A DNA stretch of 63,010 nt, filler included, from Rhabdomonas costata (GCA_019059605.1; 50 parts of 50 records of this genome joined end to end with filler, not necessarily neighbours in it), one strand, 5' to 3'. Counted from the whole stretch's first letter, positions 25,304 to 38,369 are shown. Translations and numbers: made by a program. Notes: generated by a model from the letters alone, not told the origin.

Positions 25304-26155
25304 CTCAAGGGTTCGGCGCTGCGGAGCCTGCTGGAGCAGCATCAAAAATACCCCGATGACTACCGGGGGTTGATATGGAGATTTCTGCTCAGGCTTCCTC
25401 GCAACACCGAGGCCTTCGAGTGCCTTCTTCGCAAGGGTCTGTGCTTGTGTGAATGCTTGTGTGAGCAGAGGAAAGGGCTTGTACGACGAGATTATATGAC
25501 GTCTGATGTTTTGTCATCAGTCGTTTTGTTCGCCGAAGAGAAGCAATCCGAGGCTTGCTAGTTTCCAGCATGACAGGGGCTAATGCCTGGCATTTGGTTC
25601 GAATGGCTGGACAGATTGCTGTGCAGTACGCAGTGGCTCCTTGTGTTGGTTGCTATTCAGGGCCTCACCCCACCACCGAGTGGCAGCTGCGGCGCTACCA
25701 CACCCCGGCGAAGTCGGTGCTTGGGCGAGTTCTGTCCTGCTTGGTTTGTGCCCGTGGGTGAATTGAATGGCGCCATGCGTGTGATGGCGTCACGGACATC
25801 ACTACACACATCATCACGGACAGCAGTACGCATGGCTAGCGAAAACACTTATCTGCCAATGGATACCGAGTTGAAATTGAATATGGCACACGAGCATGGC
25901 AAGCGCAGATACTCTCACGCTATACCGGGTGTGTGAAAGTGCCACTGTGTGAACCCATGCGCACCCCCCGAAAACTGCAAAGACCCTTTGTGCACTTGTG
26001 GAATGTTTGGGTGGTCCGGTTTGCGTGCAGGCCTGGCACTGCAGCGCGCTTGGAGCGGTGGAAGAACTGCCGGAGCTAGTGCACCCCTTTGCGCAGGTGT
26101 TCCACGCGGACCCGTGTGCCGCGTTCGAAGCCAGCCTGACTTTTCTGCTCAACTG
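25304..26155 (+). CDS. TBC1D31: TBC1 domain family member 31-like (Rab-GAP TBC domain), exons 25304-25436, 25661-25743, 26031-26155
   Basis: Spliced product KYPDDYRGLIWRFLLRLPRNTEAFECLLRKG-PHP...LGRVLSCL-AWHCSAL...LPELVHPFAQVF...AFEASLTFLLNW parallels TBC1D31; both GT-AG introns are phase-compatible. Confidence 0.85.
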
Positions 26156-26525
26156 GTGCGCTGCGCTTTTTCAAACCGCTGCTGGTCGGCTTGTGCTCAC
26201 GTGGTGTATCGTGCTCTAAGAGCAGGTACCAATGGAGCGATGGGACTGTGCGCCTATTGCCTGCCTTGTTTTTAGCATTGTTCCCGCAGAAAACCGGTGT
26301 TTCTCACGAAACCCCAGTTAGCTCCATTCCCAAGGAAGCGTTCTCATGAACGACACTTCCGACTCTTGGGGAAAAGAGATGGGGAGGGACCAGAAGATCA
26401 CGATGCCAGAGCGCGGGAACGGACGNNNNNNNNNNNNNNNNNNNNNNNNNNNNNNNNNNNNNNNNNNNNTTAATTAATTAANNNNNNNNNNNNNNNNNNN
26501 NNNNNNNNNNNNNNNNNNNNNNNNN

Positions 26526-26583
26526 TTCGGGTTTTTGAGTTCGGTGTTCGGTCTTTAGGTCTTCGGGTTCTGGGTTCGGGTTT
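26526..26583 (+). repeat. Degenerate telomere-like (TTCGGG/TTAGG) array
   Basis: ttcgggtttttgagttcggtgttcggtctttaggtcttcgggttctgggttcgggtt. Confidence 0.5.
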
Positions 26584-27289
26584 GCCTCCTCGGAGGTTGG
26601 GTTCTGTCTTCAAGTGCATATAAACTACTACAATAATGGACGGGTTAAAATCCTGGAAGAGAGCGGAAAAGTCATAAAAGTCTTAAACCCAATCAAACCT
26701 CCTCAAGGCTCCTCACGGTCATTCCGTTCTGTTATTCTGAAAACCGTTTCGATTCGTCGCAAGCTTCGAAGACCTGTAGCAAGAGCGGAAGTGCGAACGC
26801 CTTTTCCATTTCCCTCCAAGGGGGAAGTGGAGAATTGCCCATCTCGACGAGAGTTCCACCTGGAGACACACAAGTGCACTGGCTGCTTGCCCGGCAGTCT
26901 TGTCATCCTGTCATCCTGGCTGCTGTGTATCCCGCAGTGTTAGTCCTGGGTGATGGTGTTGGCATCAGGGCATGGCAGCGTGGCATCTCTGCATCAACCC
27001 ATGGGTCTGTTACCCTGGTAGTAGTGCAGTGTGTGTGTCCAGTGCTGCTTCTGTGCTGATGTTGACGTGGATGGCAACGGAGGATGATGTCAGCATCCCG
27101 TGATCAGGGCCATGCATCGAGTGGTGGAGTTGAAGGCGCTCCAACCCAGTGATGTGTGGTAAAGCCAATGCTGAGGGTGTAACGTGACCCTTAGCAACGT
27201 AGCAACCAACGCTACGAAGGCCACACCTAACCACACCAACCCCAAGGGTAGGAGTTCTGCGTGGCTTCGCCCGGACGGAGTGAGTGAAA

Positions 27290-27665
27290 GCACCTTAGGG
27301 TGGTGGAGCGAACGAAGTGACACGTATAGCTAATGGTGGTGTGAGCGAAACCGTGCCAGCGGTGGAGCGAGCCGTCATGGTTAGAAGTGTTGGGTTAGTG
27401 GTTGAGAGAGCGTACCGGCTTATGCCGGGGAGCGAACGAAGAGTGTATGCTGGTCGTCAGCATGCTCAGGTATTCGCATGCTTCCTCCCTACGCTTGATG
27501 GTTCCCTCCACCGCCCTAAGGCGGCTACGGTCACCGGTCACACTCGCTCCTTGCTGCGCAATGGGTTGGTGGGAGGTGAGGTCTCGGAGGCACCTTAGGG
27601 TGGTGGAGAGACCGAAGAACGCTTTTAGGGAGTATACGAACGAGTGCATACGAGGGAGTATACGA
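27290..27665. repeat. Cluster of short direct and inverted repeats built on gcaccttagggtggtggag
   Basis: 19-mer at 27290 and 27590, inverted variant at 27506-27523; ggagcgaacgaag at 27305 and 27429; agggagtatacga at 27627 and 27653. Confidence 0.85.
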
Positions 27666-30369
27666 CCGGCCATCCTTACCCCCAACCCNNNNNNNNNNNN
27701 NNNNNNNNNNNNNNNNNNNNNNNNNNNNNNNNTTAATTAATTAANNNNNNNNNNNNNNNNNNNNNNNNNNNNNNNNNNNNNNNNNNNNTGTTGGGGGTGT
27801 TTGGTGGTGTGGGGGCAGCGTCCGTATGCGGGTTCCAGTGTATTTGCAAATCCGGAGTCCGGGTTTCGCCATGGCACCGAGTCTGAGGGTCCGGATTAAG
27901 CGATGACCCCTTTACTTTTTGGTGTGATTGTTATGTGTCTTGACGTCAGCTGTAATTTTCCCCAATTGTGTCTTTACGTGATACATTGCCTCAGGGCGGC
28001 AGCGATTGCCTATTGCCCGCAGGCACCTTCCGCTGGGGCTCGAGTGCCTTCAGGAAACGACTTCCTGCGGATGCCTCCCGATTCGCCGGGAGCTAGCTTA
28101 ATAGCTTAATTTGTGTGTTTTATGATATGTGTTTCTTGTTGTTGTGATGATGCATCATGCAGAGGCAGAGGCAGATGCAGAGGCAGACTGGGCGCGCCCC
28201 ATTGCTTGCCACCACTCCACTTCACATCCACTTCACATCCACTTCCTCACGCCCTGTGGGAGTAAAACGGGGGTTGGACAGCCTTCAAAGGGGACCGAAG
28301 ATAGCATCCTCCTTGTGCCGATCGCTTGTTTGGCCGCCATGTGGTCATCTCTTTGGTGGGTGCCTGTAATTTGTGCACGTAGTGAGTGCAGCAGGCGCAC
28401 TTTTTTACACATTGTTCCAGTGGACTATGCCGCCATCCCCTTTGCCATTTCATCTCTTCTCTCTCACCTCCTCGGGTTCAAGCGTTGCTGTGATGCGGTC
28501 CATCTTTCTTCATCCAACCCTAACTCGTCTTGAAATATTTGGTAGCATCAACGATGAGCACAGCTCTGGTGCAGCACGATGACTTATGGCGAAACTCTTC
28601 CTGCGCGCCCATATGTAATGCAACCGTATGCTTGTATCATGAAGCACTTCTAAGTTGAAGGAAACCCGAATGAATTATTCATCCCATCGGCACAGTGATG
28701 GAAAGGAGTCCGGGGAGTGTAACACAATGCCAGACTTTTAAAGTATTGCTCTTCGGGGCAGCTGCCACATAGTAGCAGATAGCCTCACGTGCATCGGACC
28801 CTGCTCCTCTGACAGCAATGCGCCCATCTTTCCGCCCCATTTGCGTCTATTGTTCATCCTGCTCTCCTCTCATGTTTACTGGAACTTGCACCGGAGGGGC
28901 GTACGATGGTTCCCCCCTTCCCAATTGAGCATCTGCGCACCCCGACTNNNNNNNNNNNNNNNNNNNNNNNNNNNNNNNNNNNNNNNNNNNNTTAATTAAT
29001 TAANNNNNNNNNNNNNNNNNNNNNNNNNNNNNNNNNNNNNNNNNNNNGGGGGTTGTGGGTTAATTGGACGTCAACAAGTGAGGAGCACGTGTGGTTGATT
29101 GCACCTCGACCACCCTAACCTGACACTACGGGGCACACCTTTCCTTTTGTGAGCAAAGAAAAACCTCGGGTTTAAATTTACTCTCCAGGCAGCAGTAACG
29201 CGCCAAATTCATCTCCCGACAGAGGGTTACAAGGGGTGTTTCAGTAGGTGAAGATTGTACACACCAGGGCCCAGTTCAGTGTCATCTTTCAGCCTGCAGG
29301 TTCCACTTTTTACCTAGCTTTCTTCCAGAGTGCCATTGACCGCTTGCGCGTGCCGTCGGCCGTCGTTGTTTTCGTTTCCCCTACCAGGGTTTGCGTACTG
29401 TCGACTAATGTTCAACAAAGAAAGGAGTAAGCATGCAAAGGTGACAGCTCACGAAGGCGAACACTCACTTGCAAAGCACAAGAAAACGAGCACACAAAGT
29501 TTCGGAAAGAGCTGACAGGCAGGTTTCTTTTTCATTGTTGGGTTTCACATCAGCCTACAAAAAGCAGAACAACAGCAAAGCTTTGTCAGGGTACTACACT
29601 CAGTAATTCGAAAGTGGTTGCGGAAAAAGGAGTGGGCTTTCTCCCATTTTCACTCATGCTTTCTCATTTTCTTCAGCCACTTCCACACGCAAGCCTCAAG
29701 AGGACGCCTTGGGGACTGCCGTGGAACTCCTCATTCTCGGCTCCTCCTCGGACTCACCGCAGCATGGGCCCAAAGCCTTCTCAATGGTACCAAATTCAAT
29801 TCAAGCACTCTCACCCCTGTTAGGCAGGGGAGGTGTTAGGTGAAGCGGACGAAAAAGGAGCTTGTATCTTCTGGCGGCATTTTTGTTCGCAATCATTCGA
29901 AATGATGCCACCTGTTGAATCATTTTGTCGCATTTGCAGACTCCGTTTGAAGTTTTGAAGGAAAGCTCGGGGAAAGCCGATAATGACTTCCCCGTGCAGC
30001 GTTATTCGTTGACAGTTGCACCCTCCAAATTAACATCGCAAATTCACCATGACCTGAGATTTCGGGAAAGGAGAGAAGGGGACCTGGAACCATACCAGCA
30101 ACAGAGGACAACACGGCGCGGCCACCCAAGGGAAACCGGAAATTTGCCAACAATCAAAAATTCTGAACAAAAACAAACACCGCTGTAAAAAACGCTAGTA
30201 AAACCACAANNNNNNNNNNNNNNNNNNNNNNNNNNNNNNNNNNNNNNNNNNNNTTAATTAATTAANNNNNNNNNNNNNNNNNNNNNNNNNNNNNNNNNNN
30301 NNNNNNNNNAGGACCCGCCTGGCTGAGAAGTGGTAAGAATGCCGGGGCGGGGGTCTTCGAGGGGGTGAA

Positions 30370-30660
30370 GACAGGATGGGCCAGAGCGATTGCCGCTCAA
30401 GCAATAGAAGCTCCCCAAATTTCGTGGTTTAGCTTTGAGGCGAAGAGGTATGTCTCAGCATCGCCGAGGAGCTGTCGGAACTTCTGTGTGATCTTGCGGG
30501 TCAGAGATTGAGCGGCAGCACTTGTAGCTCCATAGGTGTCGGTAATGAAAGGAGAGAACGCCCAACCGGCTTTCTGGCATGGTCTCTTGATAACCACTGA
30601 CAAGTCACGGACTTCTTGCCCTGCTGGGGCCGAGGGTGTTGTCGTAGTCTGCACTCCCAA
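30370..30660 (-). mobile_element. Degenerate REL-endonuclease C-terminus of a CRE/R2-like non-LTR retrotransposon
   Basis: GQEVRDLSVV...RPCQKAGWAFSPFITDTYGATSAAAQSL resembles (D.TVV)...C...G..F.PF..(D/E)T.G....A; contains an internal stop. Confidence 0.7.
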
Positions 30661-30713
30661 GTCACTGCTATTGGGCGGGCGAAAGGTGGCCCAGAGGTGA
30701 GGATACTACCCTC

Positions 30714-31466
30714 TTGACCCAGCCTACAAAGGCACTCACGAGGGTTCCACCCTCCTGGGCCCCTCACTTGGCATCCCAACCGGCCCTCGCCATCCTCGAG
30801 TTGCGCACGATCCTTCCGGAACGCGTAAACGACAACGCAGTCACCCATCTCCTGCAACTCGTTCATTCCCCACCCCCCGACGACGAGGACACGTTCAGCC
30901 AGACCCGCACCCAGCGCCCTCCCACAGAGCTGTCGCTCCAAAACGGGCTGGGGCCCGTGGGATGCGCGGTGCTGCCCACTGAACTGTGGAGCTCTTTTCG
31001 TCTGCCCTTTCACCTTCCCGGCCACCCTCCAACAGCACCCCGTTACTCTCCAACCCGCTACTCTTCATTCTTTGACTTGCTCTGCCAAGCTGCGCTGCTC
31101 CAGGCATCACCGCATCCCTTCGGATCCCCCTCTTTCCTTACCTATAAATCGCCCACCAAAGCCCGTCTCATTTGTGACCTTCGCCTCTTCAACTCCTTCT
31201 TTTCCACTTACTTTGGCAAGCCCCCCGCCTTTCACCTCCCTCAGCTCGAGTCTCTTCTCACCTCTCGTTCTGGCTCACCTCCCTTCTTTACCAAACTGGA
31301 CATTGCAAACTGTTTTTGGTCCATCTCCCTCCCTCCCTCTGTCGCAGGCTCCTTCACTCTCCAAACCCCTCAGGGCATCCTAGCCACCAGGCGGCTGCCC
31401 TTCGGCTGGACCTGGTCTCCCATACTTGCCCATTCCTATGTGCACTCTCTTCTTGCACCTCTCCGC
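30714..31466 (+). mobile_element. Reverse transcriptase (N-terminal half) of a tyrosine-recombinase (DIRS/Ngaro/VIPER-like) retrotransposon
   Basis: SFLTYKSPTKARLICDLRLFN, PPAFHLP, FTKLDIANCFWSI, RLPFGWTWSP = RT motifs 1-4; intronless open frame cut by the contig end before YxDD. Confidence 0.88.
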
Positions 31467-31983
31467 NNNNNNNNNNNNNNNNNNNNNNNNNNNNNNNNNN
31501 NNNNNNNNNNTTAATTAATTAANNNNNNNNNNNNNNNNNNNNNNNNNNNNNNNNNNNNNNNNNNNNGGGGACGTGCCAATGGGGGGGGGGCTTGCAAAAA
31601 TTTCACCATTGCTATTTAACGGCGTTAAACGTTTAACACCAAAACACCCACGTTTAACATATCACCTTTCCCTTAATTACTTTTCTCAGGGGGTTAGGGC
31701 ATCCCATTGGATCCCAAACCACGTTATATTATGCCTTGACTTTGCCCCCCAAAGCCGACTCACACATTTTTGCAATTGCTGAACAAAACATCTGGGTCCC
31801 CCTTTCCCCAAGTGGTAGGCGCTATTTCACAACGGGGCAGCCGTTTTTTAAACAAACTTTGACCCAACCTGGGATTGAGGGAATTAATGTCCAAAAAAAT
31901 AAGTGTGCTTTCAAACCAAGCTCCTTTCCCAAACAGGTCCAGATACACTCAGCACGACAACCCTGTCAAAAGGGCGGGCCCCT

Positions 31984-32134
31984 ACTGTGGTTTTACAGGC
32001 GCACGCGCTATTGGCCATAAGTCGGGTGCACGCGAGATAACCGTTGGAGCGAATGACTCCGTGGGGTACCGGCTCACCGCCGAACGTTCCACATATGGTG
32101 ACCTCCCTTCCTTCTGCCCCACGGGTCCGGGGCC
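31984..32134 (-). repeat. Dispersed ~145-bp element, copy B (homologous to 2654-2802)
   Basis: Reverse complement aligns with copy A with scattered substitutions and small indels. Confidence 0.88.
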
Positions 32135-32836
32135 TGTGTGTGTGTATGTGTGGGTGCGCGGCGGGTGGGTGTGGATAGGTGAGTGCATACATTTCGGGGC
32201 GGCAGCCCTCCTTCACGGCGCTGCCCGCCACGGAATTGGGGTTGTTTACGGCCTTGTTAAACCGCAGGTGGAGAAGCTTGTTCATCTCCTGCTCCCCCTT
32301 GACGCGCTGTTTCGGAAGGACAGGAAGAGGTACAAAAAAAGTCCCCGAGCATCGTATGATGGCTGGCGTGCAAGCACTTCCTCAGTGAGTGACGCAAAGA
32401 GAAAACCCATATAAGGTTAGCTTCACCCGGAAACTGAGATATTAGATTGTGACATTCCAATCTGAAGTCTTTTTGTCAATATTCCGTTGGTCCCGCATGG
32501 GTGTCTCCGAGTGCAGGTACATAACCCCCAGTTCGCCGGTACAGCTTGGCGCATAAAGATGCGTCGCTAAAAGAAGGGTTTTTCGGGGCACAAGGTGCCT
32601 TTGCCCCCAATACAGCGTCGCAGTGAGAACGCGGTATTACGCAAGATTTAGACTGAGAAAGTGAGCAGCTGACAAAAACTCTCAGTTCACGGTGGAGCCA
32701 ACTATATCGCTGTGGACACCGGGATTCANNNNNNNNNNNNNNNNNNNNNNNNNNNNNNNNNNNNNNNNNNNNTTAATTAATTAANNNNNNNNNNNNNNNN
32801 NNNNNNNNNNNNNNNNNNNNNNNNNNNNGGTTGGGG

Positions 32837-32947
32837 GGAGCGAGTGAACCCACTTATGATATTCAGAGCTTACGCGCCTGACATTCTGCCCCGAGCAGGA
32901 TGTCAGGCGCGTAAGCTCTGAATATCATAAGTGGGTTCACTCGCTCC
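32837..32947. repeat. 53-bp near-perfect hairpin with 5-nt loop
   Basis: 32837-32889 pairs with 32895-32947 (one G:T); located at the contig start. Confidence 0.95.
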
Positions 32948-34107
32948 TTCCAACGCCATCTTCTTACTTTGATGGGCAGGGAATTGAAATACACGGAGAC
33001 CGCAGAGGGAGAACGAGACGGGATAAGAGATGCGCAAGCATCAAGAACTGTACATAATTTTATGAAATGATGGGGCAACTCACAGGCTGAAAGACAGGGC
33101 GTCTGTTGGCCAGCGGAAGCAAACTGTAGGAAAGTAAACAATAGTGGGAATGCCCAGAGCAGCGGCGCAATGGAGGGAGATCATTCACATCAAAAAGGCT
33201 CGAGAAAAGAGCACGAAACCCCTGAAAAAATATACAGGCCACGCGAAGATCGGGTGCGGCTTCTTCGGTGAGCAGTGGAATGGAATATGTACAGCCTGAG
33301 TACAGTTGCAGCGGAGGGTCGGCAAGGGGGTTCACAAGCAGATGCATGCGACCGTCAAGCGGTGCAGCTGAGGGAGAACGCGCAAAACAAGAGGCCACAA
33401 TCGGACCAGCATAAAAAAAAGAGAACTTGGCGGGCGCACTGTCAAAAACTGATCAGCAACAAAGACGGTTCGCCGTGCACCAAGCAGCACAAATGTGAAC
33501 AAATAACCCTCGAAAAGACCACCATGCCTTGCGGAGCAGCTTCTTGGCTCGAACTGGTGCGCCACAGTCAGACCCTTAAACCCCCTTTCAAGCAGCAGCG
33601 GAAAAAGGGAAGGGGGTGGAGGAGGAAAGCAGGAACGCATACAACCCGTTTGGGTTGGTACTTGCAAAAAAACAAGGTGCAACCGCCCTTGCGGTGCGAC
33701 AATCAGCGTACAGCAGAGCTAACACAAACCAGTGGACTAATGTTCGTGAAAACGGCCAGTTGAGGTGTCTCTGACTTCAAAGAACTGGCCCTTAAACCTG
33801 GGGGTTCTCCGTCAGCAACAAAAAAAAGGAAAGGCCAAAAGGAAAAAAACGTACGAAGAGAAAACACAGTTGAATGAATCGCCCATCCTGGAGGAAAAGA
33901 TCCCCTGACTACAACACAAAAACGCAAAACGAAAGCCTTTCCTTCATTGGCTCAGTCCCGAGGCGCCGGGGTCCTGCCTCGCCACCCACANNNNNNNNNN
34001 NNNNNNNNNNNNNNNNNNNNNNNNNNNNNNNNNNTTAATTAATTAANNNNNNNNNNNNNNNNNNNNNNNNNNNNNNNNNNNNNNNNNNNNGGGGGGCTGG
34101 GGTACAC

Positions 34108-34374
34108 GTTCTGCGCGAACCCCACGCTGCACGGCTTGGCCGGCGCGGGGCCACGCCCGCCACCACCCTCTTCCCCCTCGTCCTGGCCTGCCTCCTTTCC
34201 AGCGCACCCAGAACCGCTGCCGCTGCCTCTGCCTGCGCGCGGCACTCCTGCAACGCCAGGGCGAGGGGTGGGGGTGGGGCCACCCCCGCCGCTGGTGGTG
34301 CTGCCACCCCGCTTGAGCTCCACCCGAACGGCCTGGCCCTGCACCAGGATCGGCGACACCGCACGAGCTGCCCG
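34108..34374 (-). CDS. Exon with the C-terminal end of an RRM followed by a Gly/Pro-rich region
   Basis: RAARAVSPILVQGQAVRVELKRGG resembles RRM helix 2/strand 4; CAG acceptor, GTGTAC donor, 89 codons. Confidence 0.65.
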
Positions 34375-35352
34375 CTGAGTGTGGCGTGCAAAGAAATTTA
34401 AAGGGAAAGAGAACAGGGCATGCACAAACGGGGCATAGACAGCACCAACGACGCGTCATCAAACAAAGACACAGACACACAAACGACGGCCAATGGCCCA
34501 AAGCCGATGAATATGAAAAGTTTTTGACGTGAGCCAAGGCTGTGCAAGGAAGAAATGCACACCATGCACCACATTTCGGTGCAAAAAAGTTGACGTACTC
34601 CCCCCTCCCAAAATTCACGACATACCGTCTCATCATTCTTTTTTATTGCCAATTTCTTTTGCAATTGTCCCAAACGATGGCAATCTAGAATAAAGACGCC
34701 TGCAAGCCGCAAATAACCCGCAGATGTTTATTCACTCTCAGCACATTGCGGAGCGCTGGCTAATTGCGGGAGGGCATGCAGAGCTGCGAAGCCGACGCCA
34801 CCGCCTTGGCCTGAATCCGCACCGCTTCACAAAAAAATGCCCCGGCACTGTGTCAAAAAGAGCTGAAGACCCGGAGAGGAGGAAACAGCGGCAGTGTGGG
34901 CAGGTGAGCTTTCGTGGAAAAGTCATACCTCCGCGGAGTCCACCGAGGAAAAGTCGACGAATGCCTTGCCTTTGCTTTCCCCACAGGGCTTCCGCCACAC
35001 CATGCACCCCACAACCTCACCGAACTCCGCGAAAACCTGCGCCACGCAAAAACACAGGCATATCCTGAAGAACCTGAGCCCTTCCTGCATCCCCCGCCCT
35101 TTCCAGTTCGTTTAGTCCATGAGTCCGAACAACAAAACCCCCCAATCCACCACCGTACACTCCTCCGCACTCTCCCGAAACAGAGTTTGACGGCTCTGCA
35201 CAAAGGGCAAGCACCTTCCGCAGAGCGTCCTCGTCGCTCTGCAGCCCCAACANNNNNNNNNNNNNNNNNNNNNNNNNNNNNNNNNNNNNNNNNNNNTTAA
35301 TTAATTAANNNNNNNNNNNNNNNNNNNNNNNNNNNNNNNNNNNNNNNNNNNN

Positions 35353-36513
35353 GGGAGAGCGGGGGAGGGCCCGCGGGCTTCGCTGCAGAGGGAGTAGGTG
35401 TGGGTGAAGGTGTAGAGCCACCGAGGAAGGAAAGGAAGTCGGATGGGTCCGCGGCCGCGGCTGCTGGTTTGGGGCGGTGAGCTGAGCTTGCAGCTTGGAA
35501 GGGGTCAGGCTTTGCAGCGTTGGGGGAGCGGGATCGGGAGGAGTCCGTCCCAGAGAAGAAGTCCAGCGCGGCTGGGGTTGAGCCCCGAGCAGGCGGGCGG
35601 TCACGGGATGCGGGCATCGGGGGGAAGGCAGAGAAAGAAGAAGAGGGAGTGTGCAGGCTCCGCTCTGAGGATACCGAGGACGGCGGGGGGAGAAAAGAGG
35701 AAGCCGGAAGCAAGGTCGCCAGTCGAGCTGCAAGGGCCGGTCCCTCAGAGGCCTCCTCGTCGGTTAGGGCGATCGCAAAGCCGGCTGCGGTGGAGTGAGA
35801 GGTAATGCTTGCCTTCACCTCGGCGTTGGCCGCGGCTACGGTTGACAGGGGGTAGCCCTCGGAGAGCACGGCGAAGGGCTCGGTGGAGGTCAACCGGCGC
35901 TCCAGAAGGGCCCGCGTGGTGGGCTCGTCCAGAGGGACGGAGCCGCGGTGCAGGAGCTCTTCAAGGACGAACACAAGCTCGGGGTGGTGGCGCTGCAGGG
36001 TGCTGACCACCTGACGGCAGGAAGCGGGGAGGAACTGCAGGACATCTCACAGCAAAAAACCAAGACAACCTCAAAGGGCTCAAGTCTTCACCCGATTCGC
36101 TAGGTGACTTCCCAGATGGACCCTTTAGAACCACGAGAAGCCAGAGCCGGAGCTGGACCGGAGGACCTGGTGCACGGATTTAAAATAAGCTAGGCTGGCC
36201 GGATGACCCATTCTTCGTGGGATGATTGCACTCCTGAGCCGGCAGTCTCTGGATGCAAATCTACCCCGCAACCTCGCAAACTCTACCTCGCAACCCGTAA
36301 CAGCAGCTTCAGGGGTCGTTTTCAAGGCACGTGGAGGCTGCTTGCTGAGCTCAAGCTTTCGGTCGTTGGTATACTTAAGGGTTGAGAGAGACCTTCAGGT
36401 GTGTGAAAGAGGGGGTGGTGGATGTGGACCTCGACTTGGCCCTTGCAGAGGTGACCCAGCACCGCTCGAGCCGCACGTACCACCTCACTGGCCTGGCCCA
36501 CCGCGGTAAACAA
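35353..36513 (-). CDS. Two exons (36513-36430, 36010-35353) of an unknown protein with a Pro/Ser-rich tail
   Basis: Long GC-rich open frame after cttcctgccgtcAG; the upstream exon ends GAG|GTCCAC in phase 0. Confidence 0.65.
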
Positions 36514-36614
36514 ANNNNNNNNNNNNNNNNNNNNNNNNNNNNNNNNNNNNNNNNNNNNTTAATTAATTAANNNNNNNNNNNNNNNNNNNNNNNNNNNNNN
36601 NNNNNNNNNNNNNN

Positions 36615-37760
36615 TGGTTCCCCAGAGGAGGAGGAGGACGCGGTGATGGTGGTGGCGGTGGTGGTGGTGGTGCCTAGGCTGACATCGGTAGTGGAAGGCG
36701 GCTCCGCGATTTCGACATCTGAGATAAGAGATTCCTCAGTGATGGTGGTCCCAGCGATGTACTCCGCATCAAGGTGAGCTGGCTCACCTGATCTGCTGCT
36801 GGCGCCGGTTTCCGGGTTGCCCTGGCTGTCCACGATGCAATCCTCCCGCGCTTCCTGTCGCACCGCAATAGCGTCGGCAAGGTTGACGGCTGAGGAAAGA
36901 ATGGCCTCACCGGGGATGGCCAAGAGAGAGAGCTGGGCCTCGGGTTCTCCCAAATGCAAAAGCTGCTGCCCGGCGGGTGACTGGGAAGGACTCACCTGCA
37001 CAACCTCTCCCGCGGGAAAGACCAGCACCTCTGTGGTAAGAGCAACGCGAAGAGGAAGGGCATCCCAAACACCCCACGTAAAAAGCTGTTACAAGGCATT
37101 TCTTAGCCAAAATCAACCAGAACTTATCCATTTATACCATCGATGTACATCTTCTGTATGTTTGGACAGCTTTGGAAACCCGCCGCTAATGATGAAAACT
37201 TCTAAACCATCGGTTCTATGCTCATGAACAGCGAGCACAGCCCGCATAAATTTCCGTATTGGAATCGTCAGGAATGTGCTACGCGGTACCACAATTCACA
37301 CATACATAAGCAAACTACTTTGCACAACTGCGGGAAAGAAAATTTCAAGCTTTGCACTGGACGCGCAACTACAAGAGAGCTAAGAGAGAAAATGGAAGCG
37401 CGTCCCGTCGATATTACACCGCTTCAGTCTGGAAGTCGGGCCGTTGGCTGAAAGTCCCTCATATCTGAACACTTCAGAAAAAAAACACTTCGAAAATGCC
37501 CTATACCTATAACTTCCAAATTGTCAAACGAGACGTGGGTCAGGGGCTCCGCGGAGACCCCGGATGGGGGGACCAACAAACCCTGCTCCTCGACCCCAGT
37601 CACGTTGTCAGGAGATGGGAAGAAGAGGCCACCACTGGTGCCCTCAGCCAGCTGCTGCTGCTGATGGAGCTGCTCCATCTCAGCCTCCACCGCCGCCCCG
37701 ACAGAATCATGGGCCTCGGCCTCAGAGAAACCCGCCCCGCTAAGCTGGGACCCCAAAGAC
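36615..37760 (-). CDS. Probable exons (~37760-37580 and ~36990-36615) of an acidic low-complexity protein
   Basis: GC-rich open frames with poly-Q/T/S; boundaries not resolved. Confidence 0.45.
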
Positions 37761-38369
37761 CAAACACACCCACCACNNNNNNNNNNNNNNNNNNNNNNNN
37801 NNNNNNNNNNNNNNNNNNNNTTAATTAATTAANNNNNNNNNNNNNNNNNNNNNNNNNNNNNNNNNNNNNNNNNNNNGTTTGTGGGCCCTTTTGTCTGTGC
37901 GCCGTTGTGTGTATTTGTGGAGACGGCACATTGTCAATTTTGGTCGGAATCGCACATTTGATGACTGTTGCTCCTTTGCTGTGCTCTGCGCTGTTGTTGT
38001 GTTACCAGTAGTTTTTTGCTTTCACGAGACCTCGTTCTCACTGTGCGATAAAAAGCTGTAAAGTAACCGGCAAAGTCATAACTTAGTTTCAAGTGGGCCA
38101 TTTTTAATGATAATATTCGTGGATGGGTGTCCGCGGGTTTGTTAGCAAACCCAGGGCAACGAAAAAAAGTCGCTTTTCCTATGTACGTTGTGTTGCTTCT
38201 TAATGAGGCTCATTTGCATCCCCTCACTTGCACAAGATGGCGAATGCGGAAGTCAAACGGAAGTCATACACTGTCGCAGCTACACGCGCCGTAAACCCCA
38301 CCCCACTTTCCTGACGCTACCGCTCTCTCATCTTCTTAACCCAAATTAACTCGCCCTTAACCTTGGCAG

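Noticed and set aside
27655..27688. Possible 5' end of a 5S rRNA gene (gagtatacgaccggccatcc)
   Set aside because: Only loose similarity, part of a local duplicated 13-mer, and the contig ends before any diagnostic region.
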